A stretch of 64,000 bases of DNA from Candidatus Spongiihabitans sp. (GTDB lineage Bacteria > Pseudomonadota > Gammaproteobacteria > Arenicellales > Poriferihabitantaceae). Below, one piece after another: positions 56,089 through 64,000 of the stretch. Position numbers and translations under genes: made by a program. How positions within the stretch are numbered: the first letter of the stretch is position 1; every line of letters starts with the position of its first letter. The DNA lies in assembly GCF_965237845.1 (NCBI RefSeq), contig NZ_OZ250154.1, positions 657,831 to 721,830 on the forward strand, in the 5' to 3' direction. The notes below the pieces were generated by a model, which saw nothing but the letters and a program-made list of their open reading frames with translations, was not told where the DNA came from and ran no database searches.

Positions 56089-57990
56089 ATGCAAGTTGCA
56101 AAAATTCGCGCCGCAACAATTTATGCTGATTGCGCCATTGAAGAAAATAAGCGCCGGTGTGATGTCATTGATACCGAAATTACCACAACCATTCCCGGGT
56201 TGTTCGAGGAAAGGGTAAGACGCAGTCCTGACAAAAAAGCCTATTCGCAATTCGATCCAGTCCGAAATGAATGGGTTGAATACACTTGGCAGGATATGGC
56301 GAATGATGTCAATCATTGGCGCAGAGCGATTGCCGCTGATGGCATGGCGCCCGGGCAACGCGCGGCAATTCGCATGGCTAACTCCAGAGAGTGGGTTTTA
56401 TTCGACCAGGCGGTATTGGCCCAGGGCTTAATCGTGGTCCCGGTTTATGTCGAAGATCGCGCAGACAACATCGCCTACATTCTTGTGGATACCGAAACTC
56501 GGTTGCTGCTGCTTGAAAAATACTCGCAGTGGTTGGAGATGGAACAGCAGTTGCTATCGTTAACGGCCTTAAAGCGCGTAGTCATTGTTCATGACGATAC
56601 GCATGACGATACTCATAGGGACGATAATGATGAAATTACAAATTGCGGCGATGCTAGGGTAATGTCATTGAATGCCTGGTTGGCTTCGGCCATGCCGGTT
56701 GTGCCTCAAAACCCGGCGATTGATGCAGACGATTTGGCAACCATCGTTTATACCTCGGGCACAACAGGAAAACCAAAAGGGGTGATGCTTTCTCACTCAA
56801 ACATGTTTTTGAATGCCTACGGTGGCTTGCAAAGCGTGGCGGTGTATCCATCGGATCAATTTCTTTCTTTTTTACCGTTGTCGCATATGTTTGAGCGCAC
56901 GGCGGGATACTATTTGACCATGATGGCGGGCGCTGCAGTTGCGTTCAGCCGCTCGGTCCCACAACTATTGGACGATATGGCGGAAATCAAACCTACCTGC
57001 ATGATTGCCGTTCCGAGAATTTTCGAACGCGCCTGCTCGAAAATTAAAACCCGCTTAGACGCAGGACCAAAATTAAAAAAATGGCTGTTTGAACAAGCGG
57101 TTAGCGTGGGTTGGCAGTGTTTCGAAAATCAGCAAGGTCGATCAAAGTGGCGCCTTAGACAGTGTTTCCGGCCGATACTCAATGCCCTGGTTGCCGGTAA
57201 AGTGGCACAGCGATTTGGTGGCCGATTGCGCTTTGTGGTTAGTGGCGGCGCTCGATTATCGCCGAATATCGCCAAAGTGTTTATTGGTCTCGGTATTAAA
57301 ATCTTGCAGGGTTATGGCTTGACCGAAAGCAGTCCGGTACTGACAGTGAATACCTTGTCCCGAAACAAGCCTTGTTCCATTGGATTACCGCTCCACGGCG
57401 CCGAACTACGATTGGGAGATAATGATGAATTGCAAGCCAAAGGGCGGTACATCATGATGGGCTATTGGAACAACCCGCAAGCCACGGCCAAAACCATAGA
57501 TTCGGAAGGTTGGCTGATGACCGGCGATATTGCCAATATTTCCGAGCAAGGTTTTATTTCCATTACCGGAAGAATCAAGGAGATAATCATTTTGGCGAAT
57601 GGTGAAAAAGTGCCGCCAGCGGATATGGAGTCAGCGATAATTGACGATCCGTTGTTCGAGCAAGCGATGGTAATAGGAGAAGGCAAAGCCTGCCTCACCG
57701 CCCTTATTGTGTTAAGCCCTGAGGTTTGGCCCGAAGTCGCCTTATTGCTTGGCGTTGATCGGTCCGATAAAACGGCATTGCAAAGCGAAAAAGTAAAACA
57801 ATTTGTTTTAGATAAAATCGCCGATCAATTAACCGAATTTCCGGGCTACGCATTTATTCGACAGGTAACGCTTTCTACCGATGTATGGAGCGTCAGCGAT
57901 GGCGCTATTACGCCCACACTAAAGCTCAAGCGACCGGTGCTCATGGAGCGATTTAAGACCGAAATTGAATTGATGTATAACCCGCCCTGA
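56089..57990 (+). CDS. AMP-dependent acyl-CoA synthetase/ligase (long-chain FadD-like)
   Basis: IVYTSGTTGKPKGVMLSH, GYGLTES, TGDIANISEQGFISITGRIKEIIILANGEKV. Confidence 0.85.
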   Translation: MQVAKIRAATIYADCAIEENKRRCDVIDTEITTTIPGLFEERVRRSPDKKAYSQFDPVRNEWVEYTWQDMANDVNHWRRAIAADGMAPGQRAAIRMANSREWVLFDQAVLAQGLIVVPVYVEDRADNIAYILVDTETRLLLLEKYSQWLEMEQQLLSLTALKRVVIVHDDTHDDTHRDDNDEITNCGDARVMSLNAWLASAMPVVPQNPAIDADDLATIVYTSGTTGKPKGVMLSHSNMFLNAYGGLQSVAVYPSDQFLSFLPLSHMFERTAGYYLTMMAGAAVAFSRSVPQLLDDMAEIKPTCMIAVPRIFERACSKIKTRLDAGPKLKKWLFEQAVSVGWQCFENQQGRSKWRLRQCFRPILNALVAGKVAQRFGGRLRFVVSGGARLSPNIAKVFIGLGIKILQGYGLTESSPVLTVNTLSRNKPCSIGLPLHGAELRLGDNDELQAKGRYIMMGYWNNPQATAKTIDSEGWLMTGDIANISEQGFISITGRIKEIIILANGEKVPPADMESAIIDDPLFEQAMVIGEGKACLTALIVLSPEVWPEVALLLGVDRSDKTALQSEKVKQFVLDKIADQLTEFPGYAFIRQVTLSTDVWSVSDGAITPTLKLKRPVLMERFKTEIELMYNPP

Positions 57991-58153
57991 TTGTGAAACA
58001 GCGGCATCGGCAGCATAGGCTTGCCAGCCCTGCGAAATTCCCATTTTCGATTCATATATGGCATAATCGGGCGCGCAAAAACGCTGGCTGCAAAAATTAT
58101 GGCCATCCAGTAACATCAAACATTCAACTCACCCTTTTATTTAAGGAATTAAC

Positions 58154-58477
58154 ATGAATTTACTGATTTCAGACGCCTGGGCACAATTTGGTTCAGAGGG
58201 AGGCAGCGGATTGGTGGGCCTTCTGCCAATGGTTCTCATCTTTGCTGTTTTCTATTTTTTACTGATTCGGCCTCAGCAAAAACGCTCGAAGGCACATAAA
58301 GCGATGGTCGCCGCCATATCCAAAGGTGACGAAATCGTAACCAATGGTGGCGCGCTCGGCAAAGTGACCGATGTGGATGATAATTTCGTCTCCGTGGAAA
58401 TCGCCGCCGGTGTCACCATCAAAGTTCAGCGCATGGCGATAGCCCAAATGATGCCCAAAGGAACGGTGAAATCTTAA
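58154..58477 (+). CDS. yajC: Preprotein translocase subunit YajC
   Basis: LLPMVLIFAVFYFLLIRPQQKRSKAHKAMVAAISKGDEIVTNGGALGKV. Confidence 0.92.
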   Translation: MNLLISDAWAQFGSEGGSGLVGLLPMVLIFAVFYFLLIRPQQKRSKAHKAMVAAISKGDEIVTNGGALGKVTDVDDNFVSVEIAAGVTIKVQRMAIAQMMPKGTVKS

Positions 58478-58639
58478 GCAATATCATTAGGATATGCTTG
58501 CCGTGAATAATCCAACCATGAATAATCCAGCCTGGAATAACATTGTCCCGACCACCATAAGTGATAGGCCATTAGCGATAGAAATGCGCCTGTCATTTCC
58601 TGCGATTTGCCGCCATTAACCTGGTAACTTCAATTCTCT

Positions 58640-60523
58640 ATGCTTAACCAAACTGCTTGGTGGAAATTCCTGGTGATTATCACCGTTGTGTTGCTAGGCC
58701 TGATTTATGCCGCGCCGAATATTTTCGGTAGCGATCCGGGTATTCAAATACGCGGCGCCAGAGGGCTAAGCGTTGAATCATCAGTTCTTGGGCGCGCGCA
58801 AGCTGTATTGGACGCACAGTCTATTTCATTCAAATCCATTTCCCATGATGCAAAGGGCATTAAAATCAGATTTGAAAATGATGAAACGCAATTGCGCGCG
58901 AAAGAGTTAATAGAAAAAGAATTGGGCAATAACTATTCATTGGCGTTGACGTTATTAACAGGCGCGCCGAGCTGGTTCACCGATTTAGGGATATTGCCGA
59001 TGTATTTGGGCCTTGATCTGCGTGGTGGCGTCCATTTCCTGCTGCAAGTAGATATGCAAAGTGCAATTAAACGCGCCCAGGAACGCTATCAGGACAGTAT
59101 AAAAACGATATTGCGGGAGAATAAATTGCGTTACAGAGCGGTAATGCTGAACCCTCATGGTCAATTGGAAACAACCATTCGTAATCCTGATCATCGGCAG
59201 CAAGCCTACGATATTCTGATTAAGGAATTACCCGATCTGGATCTCAGTAACGACGACAGTCGAGCGGAAATTATTTTGGCACAACTGAGCCAAACCCAAA
59301 CCGATGAAATCAAAAAGTTTGCGCTGCAACAAAACCTCACTGCATTGCGTAATCGGGTTGACCAATTAGGGGTGGCCGAACCGGTAGTGCAGCAACAAGG
59401 CAATGATCGTATCGTGATCCAGCTGCCCGGGGTTCAGGATACTGCTAGGGCGAAAACAATTCTCGGCAGGGCGGCTACCCTTGAAATGCATTTGGTGGAT
59501 GAAAAAAATAACACCTCGGCGATTGCCTCCGGACAAGCCCCATCCGGGTCCCGAATTTTTAAATTCCGTGATGGTCGGAGAATTTTGCTTAACAAACGGG
59601 TCATTTACTCCGGTGACAGTATTATCGATGCGGCGGCCAGTCTGGATGCTCAAACGGGTGGTCCTATCGTTAGCATCACTCTTGATTCTGCCGCAGCAAC
59701 CATCAATAGCAGGGTGACCGGTGAAAATATTAATAACCGTATGGCAGTGGTTTATCTTGAAATAACATCCGCAATCAAGAAAGATGCTAACGGTAATATT
59801 GTTCTCGACGATGATGGCAAGCCGGTGCGCGTGACCAATCGGCTGGAAGAGGTGCTGACCGCGCCGGTGATCAGGGATCAATTGGGCAAACGCTATCAGA
59901 TTGAAGGACTCGATTCGGTCGAAGAAGCGCGGGATTTGTCATTGATGTTGCGCTCTGGCACTTTGGCGGCACCGGTTGAAATAATCGAAGAGCGCACCGT
60001 TGGCCCCAGTTTGGGGCAGGCGAATATCAGTCAGGGCTTTCGTTCGGTGATGGTTGGATTCATGTTGGTATTAATTTTTATGTTGGTTTATTACCGCGTA
60101 TTCGGTTTTACCGCCGTGCTCGCATTGAGCTTGAATTTGATACTCATCGTTGCTGTTTTGTCACTGCTGCAGGCAACTCTCACTCTGCCGGGCGTCGCCG
60201 GGATCGTATTAACCGTGGGTATGGCGGTCGATGCCAATGTTTTGATATTCGAGCGCATACGCGAAGAAATCAGGAATGGCAACTCGCCCCAGGCCAGTAT
60301 TTACCTGGGCTATGACCGCGCACTTTCCACCATTGTGGATGCCAATATAACCACGTTGATTGCGGCTGTGGTTTTATTCAACTTTGGCACCGGTCCGATC
60401 AAGGGATTTGCAGTTACCCTGAGTATCGGCATTATCACTTCGATGTTTACCGCAATAATGTTGACCAGAATGTTAATTAACCTGTTCTATGGCGGTAAAA
60501 CCGTCAAACAGCTGGCGATCTAA
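58640..60523 (+). CDS. secD: Protein translocase subunit SecD
   Basis: MLNQTAWWKFLVIITVVLLGLIYAAPNIFG, LGLDLRGGVHFLLQVD, C-terminal six-TM domain. 627 aa. Confidence 0.95.
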   Translation: MLNQTAWWKFLVIITVVLLGLIYAAPNIFGSDPGIQIRGARGLSVESSVLGRAQAVLDAQSISFKSISHDAKGIKIRFENDETQLRAKELIEKELGNNYSLALTLLTGAPSWFTDLGILPMYLGLDLRGGVHFLLQVDMQSAIKRAQERYQDSIKTILRENKLRYRAVMLNPHGQLETTIRNPDHRQQAYDILIKELPDLDLSNDDSRAEIILAQLSQTQTDEIKKFALQQNLTALRNRVDQLGVAEPVVQQQGNDRIVIQLPGVQDTARAKTILGRAATLEMHLVDEKNNTSAIASGQAPSGSRIFKFRDGRRILLNKRVIYSGDSIIDAAASLDAQTGGPIVSITLDSAAATINSRVTGENINNRMAVVYLEITSAIKKDANGNIVLDDDGKPVRVTNRLEEVLTAPVIRDQLGKRYQIEGLDSVEEARDLSLMLRSGTLAAPVEIIEERTVGPSLGQANISQGFRSVMVGFMLVLIFMLVYYRVFGFTAVLALSLNLILIVAVLSLLQATLTLPGVAGIVLTVGMAVDANVLIFERIREEIRNGNSPQASIYLGYDRALSTIVDANITTLIAAVVLFNFGTGPIKGFAVTLSIGIITSMFTAIMLTRMLINLFYGGKTVKQLAI

Positions 60524-60542
60524 TCGGTTAATTTAATTGGCT

Positions 60543-61556
60543 ATGGAAATACTAAAAAAACAAACTCGCTTTGATTTTCTGGGCAAGCGAAAAATCGCGC
60601 TGGTTATTTCCAGCGTATTAATGCTGGTAAGTATTGCCAGTCTTTTTACCAAAGGATTAAATCTGGGCATCGACTTTACCGGCGGAACGCTTGTGGAAGT
60701 GGGTTATCAGAACGCCGTACAAATCGAATCAGTTAGAGCAGCATTACAGGATAACGGGTTTGATGATGCTGTGGTGCAGCATTTCGGCACCCCGAGAGAT
60801 GTCATGGTGCGCTTGCCGGGCACGTTTTCCAGAGAAAGTGTTAACGCCGCGGAAATAAGCAGTAGTGTAATGGAGGCGTTACGATTGCCATTCGGTGAAT
60901 TGTTGGTTGAGTCGTCTAATTCCGCGCAGCAGCAATGTGTTTTAAATGAAACGACGGTCGATTGTCAGGTGCAGATGCGGCGGGTGGAATTCGTCGGCCC
61001 GCAAGTGGGAGATGAACTGGCAAACGAGGGTGGATTGGCAATGTTATACGCCCTGCTTGGCATCCTGATTTACGTTACCTTTCGATTTGAATGGCGGTTC
61101 GCCGTTGGCTCGGTTATCGCACTGGTACATGATGTGGCAATTACCGTTGGGACTTTTTCCCTGTTTCAATTGGATTTTTCGCTGCCGGTGCTGGCTGCTG
61201 TATTGGCGGTAATCGGTTATTCCCTGAACGACACCATCGTGGTGTATGACCGCATCCGCGAAAACTTCCGCAAAATGCGTAAAAGCGATATCGTGGAAAC
61301 CATGAATGTTGCCATCAATCAAACGCTTCCGCGGACAATCCTGACTTCGTTGACGACGTTACTGGTTGTGGTTACGTTATTGCTATTGGGTGGCGAGGTG
61401 ATTCGCGGGTTTTCCTTGGCATTGTTTATCGGCGTTATCATTGGTACCTACTCATCAATTTTTGTAGCCAGCCCAGCGGTGATGATGCTTGGCATAAGCC
61501 GTGAAGACATGATGCCGGTACAAAAAGAAGGTGAAAACATTGACGCTCAACCCTAA
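60543..61556 (+). CDS. secF: Protein translocase subunit SecF
   Basis: FDFLGKRKIALVISSVLMLVSIASLF..GLNLGIDFTGG, DTIVVYDRIREN. ATG at 60543 preferred over TTG at 60537. Confidence 0.93.
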   Translation: MEILKKQTRFDFLGKRKIALVISSVLMLVSIASLFTKGLNLGIDFTGGTLVEVGYQNAVQIESVRAALQDNGFDDAVVQHFGTPRDVMVRLPGTFSRESVNAAEISSSVMEALRLPFGELLVESSNSAQQQCVLNETTVDCQVQMRRVEFVGPQVGDELANEGGLAMLYALLGILIYVTFRFEWRFAVGSVIALVHDVAITVGTFSLFQLDFSLPVLAAVLAVIGYSLNDTIVVYDRIRENFRKMRKSDIVETMNVAINQTLPRTILTSLTTLLVVVTLLLLGGEVIRGFSLALFIGVIIGTYSSIFVASPAVMMLGISREDMMPVQKEGENIDAQP

Positions 61557-61571
61557 CCGTTTCAGCATCAT

Positions 61572-62084
61572 ATGCGCTGCCCATTTTGCTCAAATGACGA
61601 CACTCGAGTAGTCGATTCGAGATTGGGGGATAGCGGTGAAAATGTTCGCCGTCGACGGCAATGTCAGGAATGTTCACAAAGGTTCACCACCTTCGAGCAT
61701 GTGGTTTTTGAAATGCCCCGAGTAATAAAATCTGACGGTCGGCGGGAAAAATTCGATGAGGCAAAGCTGCGTAGAGGTATTGCCCGCGCGCTTGAAAAAA
61801 GACCGATTGAGATGGAATCTGTCAAAGGCGCGATAAATCGCATCATGCGTCAATTTACCCGCAAAGGTGACCAGGAAATTAACGCCAAACAAATCGGCGA
61901 GGCGGTCATGGATGCGCTCAGGCAGTTGGACGAAGTTGCTTATGTACGATTCGCATCGGTTTACCGCAGTTTCCAGGACCCTGAAGCTTTTAGCGATGAA
62001 GTAGAAAAATTAAGAGAGTCAGATCCCGGTCGGGAAAGTAAATTCCAGTTGTCGCTGTTGCCGAATAAGGATAGTAAGCGATGA
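61572..62084 (+). CDS. nrdR: Transcriptional repressor NrdR
   Basis: MRCPFCSNDDTRVVDSR...RRRRQCQECSQRFTTFE zinc ribbon plus an ATP-cone. Confidence 0.95.
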   Translation: MRCPFCSNDDTRVVDSRLGDSGENVRRRRQCQECSQRFTTFEHVVFEMPRVIKSDGRREKFDEAKLRRGIARALEKRPIEMESVKGAINRIMRQFTRKGDQEINAKQIGEAVMDALRQLDEVAYVRFASVYRSFQDPEAFSDEVEKLRESDPGRESKFQLSLLPNKDSKR

Positions 62085-63301
62085 GTTTGTTTTCAGGGCT
62101 TCAGGAGAGCAAGAAATTGAAACTTGGGCAATCGGAGCGGACAACGGAGTTTGATGCGGCCGATCAAACAGGCGACAGCATTAGCGACAACATTAAATTA
62201 GGCCCCGGTGAGGACGAGGGTTATATGGCCAGAGCGCTGCAACTCGCGCGAAAGGGGGCTGCTACTTGCCACCCCAATCCGGCGGTTGGCTGCGTAATCG
62301 TTAACCATGGGGAAACTGTTGGTGAAGGATGGCATGATTTCGCCGGACAGGCCCATGCAGAAATCAATGCGTTGAAACAGGCGGGGAAGGCTTCAGCCGG
62401 AGCGACTATGTATGTCACCCTGGAACCTTGCAGCCATCACGGCAAGACGCCGCCTTGTGTCAAGTCAATTATCAAATCCCGAATCAGTCGAATAGTAATC
62501 GCTGTCGAAGATCCAAACCCGTTAGTGAATCGCTCTGGAATTTCTGAATTGCAAGGTGCTGGAATCGACGTAACCCTGGGCGTTGGACAGGCTCAGGCAA
62601 AAACCATTAACCGGGGATTTCTAAAACGCATCACCACCGGCATCCCTTGGGTGACGCTTAAGATCGCAACCAGCATGGATGGAAAAACTGCCATGGCGGA
62701 TGGTGAAAGCCAATGGATTACATCCCCACCAGCACGTCAAGATGCACAGAAGTTGAGAGCGGCGGCTTCAGGCATACTGACCGGAATCGGCAGCGTGCTG
62801 CGAGATGATCCGAATATGAATGCTCGTCTCGATGGCGTCCAAAGACAACCACTACGCATCATTCTCGATACCAATTTAAGCACCCCGGTTGATGCAAGAA
62901 TTCTGGGCCGCCAAGATGGCGTAATGGGCGATGTATTGATCGTTACCGCAAATTCTGAAGACAGCGCAGCGGAAATTTTTCAGAATGATTCTGTTGAAAT
63001 CATCAATTGCCGCACCTCAGGCGGCAAAATAGATTTGAACGAAGTGATGCTTGAACTGGGACGACGAGAAATGAACACGATCTTGCTTGAAGCGGGCGCA
63101 AGACTCAGTGGCAGCATGCTCGAACAAGGTTTGGTGGATGAAATCGTTGTTTATATGGCCCCTGATTTGTTGGGCAGCGATGCCATGGATATGTTCACAA
63201 TCCCAGGGCTTGAACAACTTGCCGACAAACTATCGCTGGAATACAAAGATGTCACCCGGGTCGGTCGTGACCTTCGATTGACGCTATCGGTAGCTAAATA
63301 G
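62081..63301 (+). CDS. ribD: Bifunctional riboflavin biosynthesis protein RibD (deaminase/reductase)
   Basis: YMARALQLARKGAATCHPNPAVGCVIV, HAEINAL, PCSHHGKTPPC. ATG at 62081 overlaps the nrdR stop (ATGA) and gives a ~45-aa N-terminal leader; ATG at 62225 is an alternative. Confidence 0.9.
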   Translation: MSLFSGLQESKKLKLGQSERTTEFDAADQTGDSISDNIKLGPGEDEGYMARALQLARKGAATCHPNPAVGCVIVNHGETVGEGWHDFAGQAHAEINALKQAGKASAGATMYVTLEPCSHHGKTPPCVKSIIKSRISRIVIAVEDPNPLVNRSGISELQGAGIDVTLGVGQAQAKTINRGFLKRITTGIPWVTLKIATSMDGKTAMADGESQWITSPPARQDAQKLRAAASGILTGIGSVLRDDPNMNARLDGVQRQPLRIILDTNLSTPVDARILGRQDGVMGDVLIVTANSEDSAAEIFQNDSVEIINCRTSGGKIDLNEVMLELGRREMNTILLEAGARLSGSMLEQGLVDEIVVYMAPDLLGSDAMDMFTIPGLEQLADKLSLEYKDVTRVGRDLRLTLSVAK

Positions 63302-63310
63302 CGCCAGGCC

Positions 63311-63940
63311 ATGTTTACTGGCATTATACAGAGCGTCGGTTCGGTTACCGCAATTTCATCCGCTTCGAATGGGGCGCGGTTGTCAATTAATCTCAAACAA
63401 CTGGATTTAGAACGGATTTGCCTTGGTGACAGTATCGCGGTAAACGGGGCTTGTCTTACGATTAACAGACTCGAACAAAATATTGTTCATTTTGATGTGT
63501 CCAGCGAAACATTGGCAACATGTTTGATGGGAGACTGGCAGGCCGGTGACCGGATAAATCTGGAACTTGCCTTAACGCTGCAAACGCCTATCGGTGGGCA
63601 CCTGCTATCGGGCCATATCGACGGTACGGCAAAATTGGTTAACCGACAAGATGGGTCGGGATTTGCTGTCATGCGGTTTGAAACGGAGCGTGCCATTGGG
63701 AAATTTATCGCGGTCAAAGGATCGGTAGCCATTGATGGCGTCAGTTTGACCACCAATAAAGTGGCGGATAGCAACCATCGGACGCAGTTCGAAATCATGT
63801 TGGTTGCCCACACCCTTGAGCGAACAACGCTGGGAAAGCTCGAAAAAAATTCGCGGGTTCATGTTGAAGTGGATCAAGTTGCCCGGTACATTCAAAGGCT
63901 AAGCGAATGTGCAGAAAATCAAGATGTTGAACCCATATAA
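63311..63940 (+). CDS. ribE: Riboflavin synthase (alpha chain)
   Basis: MFTGIIQSVG..., duplicated lumazine-binding halves (GDSIAVNGACLT / GSVAIDGVSLT). Confidence 0.92.
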   Translation: MFTGIIQSVGSVTAISSASNGARLSINLKQLDLERICLGDSIAVNGACLTINRLEQNIVHFDVSSETLATCLMGDWQAGDRINLELALTLQTPIGGHLLSGHIDGTAKLVNRQDGSGFAVMRFETERAIGKFIAVKGSVAIDGVSLTTNKVADSNHRTQFEIMLVAHTLERTTLGKLEKNSRVHVEVDQVARYIQRLSECAENQDVEPI

Positions 63941-64000
63941 TTCAAAAGCAAACAGGTAATTCAAAAGCAAACAGGTAATTCAAAAGCAAACAGGTAATTC
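63939..64000. repeat. 19-bp tandem repeat, at least 3.3 copies, running off the window end
   Basis: aattcaaaagcaaacaggt occurs at 63939-63957, 63958-63976 and 63977-63995, followed by a partial aattc. Confidence 0.9.

Noticed and set aside
61557-62090. FMN riboswitch upstream of ribD or ribE
   Set aside because: ribD overlaps the nrdR stop and ribE follows ribD after 9 nt. There is no room for a leader of about 150 nt, and no conserved FMN-element sequence was noticed.

Overview
This looks like a chromosomal segment from an AT-leaning, gammaproteobacterium-like genome. All calls rest on motif and architecture recognition in the supplied ORF translations and on reading the DNA by eye; no alignments or searches were run.

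The backbone is ordinary housekeeping:
- mnmG, gor, rplU-rpmA-obg-proB, rpsT, and murJ-ribF-lspA-ispH
- tRNA-Thr, rpmE, mdh, yajQ and amt-glnK
- bamE, recN, nadK, rplY-prs and tRNA-Gln
- yajC-secD-secF and nrdR-ribD-ribE

Four things stand out against that backbone.

1. A strongly GC-rich block of about 11.5 kb (3961-15395) sits between mnmG and gor. Its gene content and order are a GntR regulator, a SAF small subunit plus a UxaA-type large subunit, a TRAP transporter, a HisD paralog, an SDR and a Zn-ADH. This matches the published hpsKLMNOP / suyAB route for 2,3-dihydroxypropane-1-sulfonate and sulfolactate catabolism. The SuyB-like gene carries a large internal deletion and is followed by a small inserted two-gene module of lower GC.

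2. At the left edge, an ExbB/MotA-like channel protein is paired with a MotB/ExbD-like anchor that carries a coiled coil of about 270 aa. This stator-like pair is of unknown function.

3. A regulon-like module (44258-49434) combines a GlxA/AraC regulator, a non-Pyl MttB-family methyltransferase and a DMGDH-like FAD/THF enzyme. No corrinoid protein is present in the window.

4. Decay is heavy and localised:
- Decayed IS1595-, IS30- and IS5-family elements sit back to back (29670-32480) and truncate prmB.
- Two deletion derivatives plus one solo end of an rve-type IS are associated with truncated prlC and macro-domain genes.
- Apparent frameshifts occur in a type I-beta DAHP synthase and an FkbM-like methyltransferase, while long housekeeping ORFs remain intact.

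I found no CRISPR array, rRNA, or clearly recognisable defence system.
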